Shown one piece after another: positions 13,055 through 26,714 of a DNA stretch of 64,000 nt. Both the position numbers and the translations under genes were made by a program. The notes under the pieces are model-generated. The model saw nothing but the letters and a program-made list of their open reading frames with translations, was not told the DNA's origin and made no database searches. Source of the DNA: Microthyrium microscopicum (Eukaryota); contig MU004234.1 of the NCBI GenBank assembly GCA_010405405.1, positions 1,453,275-1,517,274 on the forward strand, read 5' to 3'. Numbering within the stretch: the first letter of the stretch is position 1; every line of letters starts with the position of its first letter.

Positions 13055-14372
13055 ACTGTATCTCTAGAACCGGGGGTTCGTCATTGGACCTGGGATGGTA
13101 AAGTTTAGATTGTTCTTGAAGAGTACTCGACCCAAGAAGAATCTCGAACAACGGATTACTGGCATGGTGTAGGATGCATTTTTACTACCGTACAGTACAG
13201 TTAGCGGTAGAGAAGCCGAAAGTCGGAGCTGTACGTCGCTAGAAATGGATGTGAAGTCATGGACTTGCAAGGATGAGAGGGGTTGAGAGGCTGGGGTAAG
13301 ACGCTTTTGTTTTTTTTGCCAACATTTGTTCCTCGTGGCAGGGAGCATAAGCGTCAAAATGTTAACCACATGAGCTCTTGCCTACATTTAGTACCTAGTA
13401 GGGTTTGAAAGTGAGAGTAGTTGGACGAGAGCGGTAGGACGCGGCCATCGTTACCTGTGGCATCATCGCCTGTATGGACCGGTAACTGTGTTCATCTAGA
13501 CCATCATCATCGTACGATGGTTTGCCGCCCTTTCAAATCGTGGTCATGGACATAATGTGACAAGATAATGGAGAATTGAAAAAAGTGCATATGCAGGGAC
13601 ACGGCGAATTCAAAGGATCAGACACTTTGAATTGATGTCGGTTCACCAACCAGAGCGATTGTGCGACAGAGAAAAGACGGTCCCAGCGGTTGGACTTTTG
13701 GTTGGATGACGGCGGGTTTTCAGCAACAACAGAATGAATTTGTCCATTCTGTCTCAAGCTTAGTGGTCCCAATTGTGGCAGTCCAGCCTGATCGACATGT
13801 TATTCCTCTGTTCTCGGTTTACCTTGCCGTTCAATTCTCAACTTCTCAACCGTTGCCCAAAGTTCAAACCTTGTCCCTCTTGAATCCTTGGCCAATCCAT
13901 GGATTAATTAGCTCTTACTACTGTACTGCTTGGATCCAAATGCTTGTCTCATCTTCATCCGCCTTTTCCAGCAGGCTCAGCAGCGCAACAAGACGATCGT
14001 CCAATTATTGTGCTGTACCTTTCCCTTATGCTTGCCTACCCGCTCATTCCCATAAAACCCGTCTGACCACCCACATTACTCTTCTTGCTACCACTTTACG
14101 TCTGATGATTACTCTCTCCTTCACCACATTCTTCTAAGCTTCCATCACACTTCCACTCATCTAACATACTTTGAGACATCATTCTCATCTATGGTGCCGG
14201 TCCTTCCTCACCCTCAGCCTTACAACCAAAAACAACTAGGACTTCTAGGTCCCAAAAATAGCCTTCCTCCATAACACCACGCAAGCTGCGTATATCGGGA
14301 CATATTTGCTCCCACCACCACAACAAATTGGAGTCCATCAGTCGCAAACGACCATCTCCAACCACCCACGCC

Positions 14373-14840
14373 ATGGATCCTCCACCATCTCCTCACTCCA
14401 AATCGCGCCGCCGCGCTCAAAAAGCACAATACAATGCCGGCGGCACTCTTCAAATGCCCTCGCTCCCACGCTTCCATCCGGCAAATTACTCCAATACATC
14501 CAGCGCGACAACAACGCCCGTTTCAGGCGCCAATAGCAATCCTTTGTCACCAATCGGCCAAACTCGCACCTCGGACCAGAATCGCCATTTGTCGTACTAC
14601 CACCAAACGCTTCTACAACAATACGTAGCTCGCGACAATGCCGCTATGGCAGTCGGCGGCAAGAAGCCACCCAGTCCAAAACTTGTTCCACTTGCTGGAA
14701 GTCCTGGAGCCGTTACACCTTTGGAACTTGAAGGTGAGAATTATCTCACGGCCGGAGGTGGCTCACTGGAAGCTATCATACGCGAAGAAGCTAGACGCGG
14801 AGGAGATATTTCACCCCGGAGGCCTATGTCGACCGCTTAA
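14373..14840 (+). CDS. Fungal hypothetical protein, Pro/Ser-rich
   Basis: ORF from the first in-frame ATG. Motifs LPRFHPANY and PSPKLVPLAGSPGAVTPLELE resemble a conserved Pezizomycotina hypothetical family (from memory). The true start may be upstream. Confidence 0.65.
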   Translation: MDPPPSPHSKSRRRAQKAQYNAGGTLQMPSLPRFHPANYSNTSSATTTPVSGANSNPLSPIGQTRTSDQNRHLSYYHQTLLQQYVARDNAAMAVGGKKPPSPKLVPLAGSPGAVTPLELEGENYLTAGGGSLEAIIREEARRGGDISPRRPMSTA

Positions 14841-17363
14841 TGAACGAATGATGATGAAAAGAAAATACCCAGATACCCTTAAAAGCAACAATCATGGGAC
14901 GGCGTTCATGGGTTTGCATTTATCCTGCATCACATACTGCTCGATGCGGTGCAGCAACAAGAGACAATTGTATGTCATATGCATTACAACCACATCCGTG
15001 AGCTGGTTTGGTCGATTTGCTCGGTTTATCGAAATCTGCATCCAGCATGGATACTTTTCCATGCAACTTTACGCAGGATACATCACGTATGGAATGGAGT
15101 TTCAATCATCATCTTTGGGACAAGGCATCATTCGTTGGAAGACATAGCTTCCACAACCAAGTGCTGGAGTGTGGAAGCACGGCATTGTTCATTCAAAAGC
15201 ACATTTCGCATTTTCATCGCCATCTTCACCATCTTTCTCCCATATCACGGAGTACAAGAATAGTATCGTAAATAGACCAAAAAAAAGTCCAAACAATAAT
15301 ATTACTACAGCCATAATTCTTCCATCCTTCATCAATTGCGCGTCTTCCAAAGCAAAAACCCTTTCCAACCCCTCACACATGAAACCTGCCTCGTCTTGCT
15401 TATCACGACCATCTTTACCATATACGGCAAGTATCTACACACTGCTGCAATTTAAAAACCTGCCATCCGTGATTCATCACCAGGATCTTCAATTTGCTAA
15501 CAAATGAAGAGCACTCTTGAAGACTCGTGCGACGACAATTCCACCATTCCCCGAGGATTGATCCACGGCACCAAACTCCTGCTGTCGTTCGCTGTCGCGG
15601 ACGCCTTGCTCAGGGTTCACTCAGGGTCCACTAGTTGGTGTTTACGCTACTATTTGTCTCTGTTGACCGAAAATTGGCTGAAATACAAGAATCATAGGCA
15701 GTCTTTATGGGCGGTTGGTGATGCTAAGAATCAGCGACTAGAGTTTCGCTGATCAACGTTGCCACGACCAGCTTGTGAGCTCTTGAAAGTCTGCTGATAT
15801 CCAATCGCGATGGACTGCGTACTCTTTCATACCTCGTACCAGAATCCCATACAAAATCCCATACTTAGAAAACTCGCACTGCCTCTCCATGAGGCCATAA
15901 AGTCCACGATACCCCATTTTGCCCTTCAGCAATGACGTATCCCAAGTTAACCACTCAAAACCTTACGACTCCCGAGACCGAACACACCCAGGGCCCAGCG
16001 AGTAATCCGCGCCATGCATTCCCCTGCATAGAATATCGCGAGCTTTGGAAGCATTCGTATTTCAGCTATCGCAGCCCAAACCAATCTAAGTATCCTGCTC
16101 ATGTCCTGAACTGAACTGCCCAGTAGTGTGTCGGTCCCACTGCTCGCGGGACCCTGCGGCTGTCACAGTGGAGATTTAAACCCACTTTCTCCTTAATCTA
16201 ATCTGCGTTTGCAGATAGGTGGACTTTGGTCCTGGCGGTCAACTGGTGGAAAGGAAATCGGGCCGTTGAGCCTGTGGTTGAAAATTTGGGTGACGTCATG
16301 CGTGGTTGGTTGAAGTTTTGCTAGGGCAGGGATTGGGCTTGGTGGGGCGGACGGGCAAGGCTGAGAGTTCAAGGGGACGAAGGGAGGGCGTGGGTTAGAG
16401 TATGGGAGGTTTGATTGTTGGAGGAGAATGAAGAGGTTTGTAGATACGATGGCTGTTGGGCGATTTGATTCCTTGTCTGCGGTAGTGATGGGATGGGAAA
16501 TTTTGTGGTCCTTTGCCTGGACGTTGTATAAGGCTGAAATTCGGGAGTATCAGGCTGAGCTGTGATATAGACGGAATCATCGCTCTTCGGACTTGAAACC
16601 GATTTAACTTCGTAACAAAACATGCTCGATGAACTCTTGTTTGTAATAAAATTGCCTCTTCTAGCTTGGATGCTTGTACGTTAATTAAATGCACAGTAGG
16701 CATGTTGCGACTTCAGGTCAAATTTGCAACCGTCAAGTCCATATTTCTACCACCAACTATGCCTATACTATTCTCTGATAGCACTTAGTAGTCGCCTACT
16801 CTCGACAAGTCGTGTTGATATTTGATGAACGTCCTTGGAGAACATAAGCGCCAGACGCAAAGAATTGGCGGACAGGCGGCTAAAAAGGGAAGGCACGATC
16901 AAGATGTCTACTCCAGACAAGCAGGCACAACACATTGTCCCGCCACAGTGCAGTCGGAAGCTACGATCGTGCCTTCACTTGGAAGGAGCGACCTCAATAA
17001 TAGGCAGACCCCGCGAGGGCTTCATACCTCGTGAGTTTTGATATCACCCACTTACCGCCCACAACTCGATTACTTCTTCCTTTCAGAATTCCTCAAGCTT
17101 CGAAAATACAACTCACCCTCGTCTTTTGAGAAGCTTCCGCCTCAAATTACTCAGAGATTGAGAGCGCACAGACTCTCGAGGGGCATAAACCCTTTTCTAC
17201 TGTTGGCAATTCTGAATCTCTTCGATTCATCACTCTTCCTCCTGTGCGAATTTTGTACAATCTTGGACGGCTCAATTCTCCAGCAACGCCAATTCAATAC
17301 CTTGCTTCAACTCTACACCCAAGTAAACGAAAGAGTACATCTCGTCAACAATTGGCACTCATC

Positions 17364-20300
17364 ATGCCTAAACCAACTACCCCTCCAGAGACTCGGGAGG
17401 ATATCTTCAAGTCTATTCTCAAGTAAGTTGCCATCTGACCGAGTCATGATTTGTTTGCTTACCATCTTAGACCTGTCATCATCAGCCATAACGACGGCAT
17501 CATTGCAGTAGGTCGTGTTATTGCTCCACACCATTATGCCAAATGGGAAGTTGGCTCAATTATTCGCTATTCAGCCTTCAACCGCACTTTCTCTGTCTAT
17601 AAGGAGCCAGCGAAAAATGACACCTGTGGCTGGGATGATCACTGCTGGGCTTCAGTGCAGGACTTGATATTGACCCGAAGCATTGAGTGGGCCGATGGAT
17701 GCGCTCCTGAAGACGCACTCCACCAGTTCTCTCACGCATCTCAGTCGGAAGCTCCAAGCGAGATCTCTCTAAACAGCATCATGACCACTTTGTGGAACCC
17801 TTGGATGGAATTACAGTACAACCAGCTGAAATATGGCAACTGCCATATTCCGAGCCAGTACACGATGCGCCGCATTCAGGCTGCGGACGCACCGACACAA
17901 GTCTCGCATGCGAACGATTCATTTGATGAATGGGGTTGTGGCACGGAGAGAGGATGGCCTGATCCCTCCCGCGAAGAACCGATCATCAACCTTTTTGACC
18001 ATGGCCAACACTGGAATGACCACTTTGCTGTCAAGAGTACGACCAAGGATGAATCTGAAGACGGCAGCGATTCGGTATGTGGAGACAACTATCATTCCAA
18101 GGTAGAGGCACAAAAGACAAAGACCGCAAAACTTCAGAAGGATGCATGCTTGGAAAACTGCTGGAGTTTCACAGCTACGGATGTTTCTGATTCCGAGTCT
18201 GACGACGATGATGGTTCTGAATCAGAGGACTCCGTTTCTGTAGCCTCCACCAACAAGGCTACCGCAGAGTCTCCAACCAAGGTCAAGGGGGTTTCCAAGC
18301 CGGGAAAGGTGCAACCATTTGCATATGAGCAGTATAAGCGCAAATCCGCTCAAGATTCAGACAAGGAAAAGACCCTGTGCAAGAACTTTGTGGAGCAAAT
18401 GCAGGAGATGTATGAGCAAGAGATGGTTAGTGAGCAGTACCTATCACAGATACCCAAGATCTCACCTGCCTCCCAGACCAGGGAAAAGTCTAAAGCTCAG
18501 CCCAACATCGAATCTCGCTTGGCTGAGATGGAACAGCTACTTACACAGTCCAAAGAGTCTTCACAGAAGGTGCTTGACACTATACAAGAAATTTCTGAGC
18601 GATCAAAGGGACAGTCAACCCAACCATCTCAATTCATGCACCAGATACACACTTCACACAACGGTATGCCAACATCTCAGACCACGATGGCAGGCCTTCC
18701 AGGTGTTTCTAGTCGTACTGTTTTCTCTGGCAATCCTGTCTTTCCAAGCCCTCCTGGCTTTTCTTCTAGTTTTCCTGGCTTTCCTCCTAACTTTCCTGGC
18801 TTCCCTCCTAGTCTTCCTGGCTTTGGTGGCTTTTCTGGCATGATGAATCCTCCTGTAGTTCCGAACGGAGCAGGCGGTCCACTTGCTAATTCAACATGGT
18901 CATCCAGTGCTCCAATTGACGTACCACTCGCCATACCAAGTCCCGAGAATCATTTTCGAGATGTGCAGACCACGGTTCTACAGGGCCGCTTGCGCGAGAT
19001 GAAATCTCGATTGGAACAAGCCCAGAAAGAACTCGAAGCGAGCAAAGCAGTTGCAAAGAATCTCGAAGACTCTCGCGCCGCCGATGAACGCATCTCTCCT
19101 AGCCGGGGTGGCAAAGGTAACCTATGCGTACACGGTTTCAGCATACCGGACTGTTGTGATCCTGATGAGTCCGGCATCCTTACTCCAGAGTCGGAGAGTT
19201 CAGTCAACGATTCTGATGCTATTGAGGCCCTCAATCGGTCTCTTATTGACCAAATGCCTCCTACAGCACCTGCGCAGTCGAAGGGAAAGGAAAAGGTGGA
19301 TCCAAAGGTGAGTTTCTCGTTCAAATTACTTCATTCGTATTGCTACGCGATATAGTGGCGCGCTTGTCTATCACGATTCACGGGACGTTCTAGGATCGTC
19401 CCAAAAATTGCGATTGATTTGCTGAATTCAATCCATTGAGACTTGCCATTGCCATGTTGATGTTTTGCTGTTTTCTGCGACACACCATTTGCTAACTTCT
19501 TCCAGGTCGGTATTCACGCAGATAAAGCTGCTTGGGATATTTGTGAGCTCAAGAACCTTGCATCTTCAGTTGGTCTCAAGACTTTTGGGGACGAACGAAA
19601 TGCTATCCTTCAGGATCGTCTCGCGAAACTCAAGAAAGAACCAGTCCCAACTGTCGTTGTCTCTAAAACCGAACCTAAGCCACAGAAATCCATGCCAAAA
19701 AACAGAGAGGGTGATGATACTACCGTTCGCCTCCGAGCTCTTGCTGTTGCTGTGGATGAACACTTCAAATCCTTTCAATCCAACCTTGAGAAAGCTACTT
19801 ATGATACGTTAGTTTCTGCAAAAAACGAGCTGAGTCATGGTATGAATCTGCTTTATAGGGACTTGAGGGACATTGAAGCGTACTTTGGGCACTGTACGCC
19901 GTGGGATGTCGAAAACTATATTTGGCAGATTCGTCAGCATTGTGATGCAATCCACAAGCTGATGTTTGGACCAAATCGAACAACGGAACTGTTTTCAAAG
20001 CGACTAGAGCAACATCTCATCGATTACAATGTGATAGAGCAGCTTTGCTATGATATCAAGGCGCTGTGCGAGACTCTCGAGTGGCCTTCAAAGCATGTTG
20101 AGGCTGCTTCCAAGAATAACGGCAAGCCCAAGGCTCATCTGCAAATGCCTCATTCCCATGCGACTTCCGATTCGCCGGAATTTCCACTTCAGAAGTACAC
20201 TTCGGATGCGAGTAAGCGCAATGTTCCTGCACTTCTCGAATTCGAATCCCGTTGGGCTAGACCTCAATATGGAGGCAGATATGCCCCCGCCGTCCGCTAG

Positions 20301-20424
20301 ACATAAGATTGATAACTCATCGAAAGACACCGAACAGAAGCACGCCTCGGTTGAGAGTGATAACGAGCTCGATCCACCTCCTGTATGCCGTTCTGCTCCT
20401 CGATCTGGAGGCAATATGGTGTGA
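17364..20424 (+). CDS. Large multi-exon hypothetical protein with acidic tract, coiled-coil-like segments and GFPP repeats
   Basis: ATG 17364; introns 17423-17470 and 19308-19505 join the ORFs in frame. Ends at 20300 unspliced, or at 20424 if 20212-20260 (GTAAGC...TAG) is an intron. Confidence 0.7.
18750..18840 (+). repeat. Coding 21-bp tandem repeat (PGFPPSF-like, ~4 copies)
   Basis: CCTGGCTT(T/C) recurs every 21 bp. Confidence 0.8.
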
Positions 20425-21087
20425 CCAGGCGCAGCGACCGACTACATTCATTGGTAGATGGCTTTGTTCAATCCGCTTTCACTGGCAGCATTATGCTTTG
20501 CTTCAACAAAGATTGCTACCAATGACTATCATGTTGAGCAATTGTATCATGCTGACCTTTTCGCGATTGCGGGTAGGCTTTTTGGACTTGAAGCTGGCAG
20601 TTCTTTCGCCTAGCTCAAACTCAACTTGCCGGTTTAATGCTTTCAGCACTGATAAGAACTTGACAGTGAAAATACGGATCCGGGATTATGAACAGGTTCG
20701 AACACTCATATTGTAGAGTTCCCCAAACTGCTCGGTATCCTCCCATCTATCTTGTGCTTCTTACCATTATACCCGTCTTTCCTTGCTTTTCCACCTATTT
20801 CCCATCAGATTGCTTTTCCCATGGTTTCAATACCCACTCTGTACATCCCTTGCTCTTGATACATTGCGAGTTCTCACTCTGCCCAATTGTTCTCAATCCG
20901 ATCGAAGAAACTAGTTGGAATCTGCATCATCAGTTTCCTCATTTCACCACATCCATCAAAATTCGGTTGCTCCACACACCACCAAAACCGACTGTTCCAC
21001 ACTATATAGATAGAAACGGACGGATGGGTATATAATCTGAATTCAATCCTCTATACACAATTCTTCTCCGTGCCTACTTACACATCA

Positions 21088-22980
21088 CTAACTCTGCGCC
21101 GTGGGATTAATCGCAACCTTCTCCCTGACAGGTAACGGATCACTCTCCAAATCCTGTTCCGCCTGTGCTGCCGGCGGTAATGATATCTCATCTGCATCTG
21201 CGACTGCACCTAGACCACCACTGCCCACACTCGTCGATACCATTGCGCCTTTGCCAACAATCGGAGTTTCGCTAGCTCCCTGACTCGAACCCTGACTCGC
21301 TCCGCTCGCGCTCGGAGTTGCGCTGCCGCTGGTAATTTCATCGCCATTCGTAAAACTGCTCACACTAATTGATGGGACGGCGGAGAGAGGGATTATGTCG
21401 GGACTGTTGGGGACGATGTGTTCGGGGAGGGAGCGGATTTTTATGCGTTTGGCGAGATTGCTGTAGGAGGAAGGTATGATCTGGATACATTAGTGAAACT
21501 GCCAATCCGAGAGCGATGTTGACAATACCTCAATGATTTCGTTACGTGGAAAGTCAAGTTTGGGGATATCGGTGGCGTTGCAGGCCATGAGGTAGCCGTA
21601 TAGCACACGTAAGACAGATTCGTGGGCTATGATTAGGAGGTCGTTTTGTTCGCGTTCTAATTCGAGGATTATGGGCTCTAGACGAACTGCGAGATCGTGG
21701 TAGGACTAAGGGTTATTAGTATGCAACAAGGAATAAGAGTTGGAAAGAGACGTACTTCTGCGCGTGGGTACCGATGGTGGTAGGGATCTTGCGCGTGTTT
21801 CTTGACTTCCTCCGGGAATTTATCCAGGATGTCTTGTTCGCTCATCTTCTCCAAGTCTCCTGGATGTAGCTGGCTAAGCTGTGTGCGTTGTCGGACTCTG
21901 TAGCCCATATCAGCGAGGTCAAAAGCTGTTTCGACAGTCCGTTTTCTTGTCGACGTCCAGATAGTCAGAGGCTTGAGAGCGTTGTCCGGCCCACCTCTAT
22001 CGATTATAGCTTGACGCTCCTTCTTCCGATGCTCGAAGAGTGTCTCGCTCATCTTTTTCGCATACTCCCTGCCCTCCTCACTCAAGTGCGCATCGGCCTT
22101 GTAACTCTCCTCTTCTGTCGTTGTGCCCGCTCTTGCAAAATACGTTTGCCGACTTTTGATATGGAGATTGAGCAGATAAAACACAATCCGTTGAGACAAG
22201 TAACCAAACTTGCAGTTATTCACGATAACCTGGTCTCCACCATTCACGATTTTCACCCAATGTAGGTCTTTCTCATGCATACTCTCAAAGTCTGGTATCC
22301 GCGCGTTGATGCGCGCTAAATAGTCGCGGACGGCATCCATATCATTCCATCCAATATAGTCAGGTGAAGAAATCTTAACAGATCGCACATTCTCTTCGAT
22401 GATGCGCTGGTCGTCGCAGGAAGATTCAATGAAGAGAGTTTCGATCTTGTGTTTTGCAAATTCCTTTGCTATCGCTTGTCGTCCGCCGGCGCGTGGGTTC
22501 ACCGCATCGTAGATGGCAACCTGTCCATTCTCATGTTCCAGAAAATTCAGAATATCCTCTCTACATTTCTTCAATATCTTGTTCCGCAGCAACACTGAGC
22601 TTGGACTGGCATTCACGAAGAAATAATCATCTGGCACATCCTTCCCCGGTCCAACTGTGCTTCTTCGGTAATCGCCCAAGTGAAATACATGAGTCTTTAC
22701 TCCGAGCCAGCGTAGATAGCGCGCGACGGCAACAGAAATGTGGGTTTTGCCACGAGCAGGTAGACCGACGGTCGCGATGACGATGCGACCTGAGTGGAAA
22801 AGACGTCCGGATTCGGTACTGTAGAGTTGGGCCGGGGCGAGTTCTTGGGTCTCGGGCATGTCATGGATGGCGTCGACGAAGACGCTGGATCTTCGGCGGA
22901 AACGCGGAGAGTTGGCGTAGACTTCTGCTGTTCTGTGAGATCATGGTATTAGTATTTGATTGGAGTGAGCGGAACGACAT
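21088..22980 (-). CDS. 6-phosphofructo-2-kinase/fructose-2,6-bisphosphatase family protein (YLR345W-like)
   Basis: P-loop VGLPARGKT; C-terminal phosphatase-like domain (RYPRAE|SYHDL, IAHES). Introns 21706-21755 and 21481-21528, plus a probable one at 22933-22975, so the start is tentative. Confidence 0.9.
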
Positions 22981-23774
22981 GGTGGGAGATATTTTATCAA
23001 TTGCGACTCGCGAGGGACATTGCGCCCGCATATAGCGGTGACTTGATCCTCCAGAGTTCTACGTACAATAAGGTGTCCATCTTGTCTATGAAGTCCAGAT
23101 CTCTGAGCTCTATGGCGGGGTTGAAAGCAGAAACGGTTATTGGGAGCGATTTATCGTTTATCGGGCAGCGCAAGTGACAAGAACAAGAGAGATCATTCAG
23201 CCTTTCACGACGTGGGGTGTTCTCAGAGCTGTTGCAGGGGCTCTGTAGCTACAAGTCGCGGCTGAAGTCGGAGAAAAGAAGCCGGGCGGCGGGCGTGAGG
23301 AACAAAGTTCACGATCTTGATGGACCCAAGACGGAGAGTCGGGAAATATCTCAAGGTTTAGAGGCAACTCTAGATACCGATTGCGGGCAGCAGACTAGAC
23401 TAGCGGATGTCAGAGAGTGATGTAAGGCTCACAGGCTTCAGATCAAGACATGCAAATCGAAGAGTTGGGCGTGGGATAAGGAATAAGGGATACAGGACAG
23501 GTCAGGGATGTCATTTGGCAAAGCGATAAGGAGTTGCTCCGTAGCGGAAGATCATGTCTCTCCAGCAGCAAATAATTATTTGTTGGCAAGTAACTCGTTG
23601 GGTCCACAAATCGCTCTCGGCAGTTCAGGTCCAGAGTCCGAATGAACCGGTATTTCGGCATGTCCCGGTCGGCATTTCGGATGAGGCGTCACTTCAATAT
23701 TTTTCTGGACATCCCACTTGGAAAAAAGTTGCGACAATTGACAAATTATCAATCTCCTGCAACTGACAAACAAA

Positions 23775-25998
23775 ATGGTAAAAGCGAACAAGAGAAAGGC
23801 CCCAGGCTCGGCATCTGAATCAAACACCAAGGACGCGCTTCCTAGATTCGACCCAAAGGCACGCAAACGTCAGCGAGTCGCCCTTGACGAGCTCGGCTGG
23901 CAGTCTGTCGAGATTCCAGACAACTTAGATGACTATGAAGGATTTTTTGGACTAGAAGAAGTAGATGATGTCGAAGTAATCAAAGCCTCCGGTCTTATCA
24001 GTTTTCATGCCAAAGGGAAAGATGGCGCGCCGCAGCCAGGAGCAGAGGATGTCGCTAAAGAAGGTGCCGAAGATGAAGACGAGTGGGAAGGATTTTCAGA
24101 AAGCGAAGCAGAGGAATCAAGTCAAGAAGAGGAGTTGGAGGAAGAGAAGAAGCCAAAACCTGCTCGAGTTCTGAAATCGAACAAGGTTGCCAAAGATAAA
24201 GAGCTTGGAGCACTATCATTCGAAGCCCTCGAGGATGAAGACACAGAAGAAGGTGTTGATGTTACTGAATGGCATTCATTGAATCTATCATCCGGTATCC
24301 TCTCTTCATTGTCCAACTTGAAGTTCTCCAAACCCACGCCTATTCAAAAAGCTTCAATTACTGAAATCGTGGAAGGTCACGATGTTATTGGCAAGGCTTC
24401 AACAGGCTCTGGAAAGACTTTGGCGTATGGCATACCAATCGTGGAAAAGGCTTTGCAAATGTCACAAACGCGGAAAGAAAAACCTGCACTTGCCTTGATC
24501 ATAGCTCCTACTAGAGAGTTGGCTCATCAAATCGGCGTACATGTAACAGCTCTATGCACCAAAGGCAACCTTGACGGCGTCGGCGTCGCTACAATTACTG
24601 GTGGACTGTCGATGCAAAAACAAGAAAGACTTCTTTCAACTTCTCAAATCATCATTGGAACACCCGGTAGATTATGGGAGGTCATGTCAACCAGCAAAGA
24701 TGCCCTCCATCGACTAAAAGAAATCAAATTTCTCGTCCTAGACGAAGCAGATCGCCTCCTAAGTCAAGGTCATTTCCAAGAAGTCGAGGAGATTATCAAT
24801 GCCCTGGACAAGTCAGACAACACCGATGAGAACGACGATGAACCACCAGCTCTTCGACCCCGTCAAACTCTAGTCTTTTCCGCAACCTTCCACAAAGGTC
24901 TTCAACAAAAACTAGGAGCCAAAAATCGCACAAACGGCGATCTTATGGACCAAAAGGAATCAATGTCCTACCTCATCAAAAAGCTTCGCTTCCGTCAGGA
25001 AAAGCCAAAATTCATTGACGTCAATCCTATATCTCAGATGGCCACCGGTATAAAAGAAGGCCTCGTGGAGTGCGGCGCCATGGAAAAGGTACATCCCATC
25101 CCACCTTCTCTACAGTCCCGCAGATATCCACGTACTAACAACGTCCCAGGATCTCTATCTCTACGCTATGCTCCTCCTTCACCCCCGCACCCGCACCCTC
25201 GTCTTCACAAACTCCATCTCCGCTGTCCGCCGTCTAACACCCTACCTCCAAAACCTTGGCCTCCCTGTGGCAGCCCTGCACTCCTCCATGGCCCAAAAAG
25301 CTCGCCTCCGCGCCGTAGAACGCTTCACCAAAGCCGACAACTCTATCCTCATTTCTACCGATGTTGCTGCCCGCGGACTTGATATCCCTGGCGTCCAACT
25401 CATCATTCACTACCATTTACCTCGCGCTGCGGATATGTATGTACATAGATCAGGCCGTACTGCAAGAGCAGAAAGGAAAGGCGCAAGCGTAATCTTATGC
25501 GCGCCGGAAGAAGTCGCCGGCGTACGGAGATTGATCGCGCGCGTACATGCAACCAGTGGCGGCACTCACGGCAAAGCTATCGCAACACTTGACGTAGACC
25601 GCCGTGTCGTCGCACGTCTCAAGCCGCGCGCGACATTAGCCAAACAGATTGCAGATGTTGGCGTGGCCAAAGTCAAGGGACGCAGCGATGACAAGTTCTT
25701 TCGCGAGGCAGCTGAAGAGCTAGGCGTGGAATATGATTCTGAAGCTATGGAAAATGGAAGCGGGAGACAAGGCAGAGGCAATATGCGGAAGAAGAAGGAG
25801 CGAGAGAATCGGGAGGTCAGTAAAGACCAGATGGCGGCTTGGCGGGCGGAATTGAATGGGCTTTTGGGGCAGAGGGTTAACCTGGGGATAAGCGAGAGAT
25901 ACATCGCGCAGGGAGTTGTGGATGTTGAGGCATTGTTGAAAGGGGAGAAGGGGGATTTCTTGGGGAGTGTTAAGGGGCTCGATCTTGAGAATCTGTAG
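23775..25998 (+). CDS. MAK5: ATP-dependent DEAD-box RNA helicase Mak5 (DDX24 family)
   Basis: Q motif PTPIQ, ASTGSGKT, PTRELA, TPGRL, DEAD, SAT, ARGLD, HRSGRTAR; N-terminal EGFFGLEEVDDV; intron 25089-25149. Confidence 0.93.
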
Positions 25999-26714
25999 GA
26001 CAGATCAAAGGGGGAATCAAGAGGACAGGAAGCGGATTTGGTGAGTTCTATCGATGACCTTGGGTAGATAACGTCACGCATAGGGATTTTTGCCAATAGT
26101 GATACACTGGCAATACTGCCATGTGGTTTGCGAAAAGTGCTGTACACCTTCCTCCACCACTGCACATCTTGATATAACTTGCCAGATTATCAGAACTCCG
26201 CCAATTACGCGAAGAATAGCCTATAGTGAGACAGGAATTCGACATACCCGAGTTAGCGGTCTAACTACCAGATTTTCTGGGCTATTCAAGGTGTGATTGG
26301 TTTAACTTTTTGTGAAATCTTGCAAGCTTATACCTGCAGTGGTCGAGGATTGTGTACAACACTTTTCGCAAATCAGTGTATCCTTATTGGCAAACACATG
26401 TATCCCTATGCTTGACGTTATGTTATGTTACGGAATCAAGGACAGTCTGGCTCGGAAATGCCATTTATTGGATAAGTCGGATCTCAAAACTCCGTCCTTC
26501 AGAAGGAGGAGCGTTCTAGAGTGCAACAGGAAGGAGATTTATGTCTGGCAAGCGGTTTCTCTGCAAAGAACTGCGGAGTCAGGCACAACGAGTGCAACTA
26601 TAAGGTACCATCAATAGACTAGCTTACCGGATCTGACCTTCAACTTCCAGACATCGAAATCGACTATCAAGTAAACACATGACCTGAGATCAGGCACCGA
26701 CACACCTAATAAAC

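Larger units (their letters stand above)
4262..13203 (+). pseudogene. Decayed host gene apparently interrupted by the Copia element (fragments ~4262-5200 and ~13055-13203)
   Basis: Removing 5201-13059 gives a continuous frame ...LLDSLLTGFTVSLEPGVRHWTWDGKV*IVLEEY...; the nearest stops are TAA/TAG, compatible with CAA/CAG mutated by RIP. Family not recognised and the outer limits are vague. Confidence 0.35.

Noticed and set aside
19308..19505. Longer-than-usual intron with a small hairpin (GGGACG...CGTCCC), possible intronic snoRNA
   Set aside because: No convincing C/D or H/ACA box arrangement seen.
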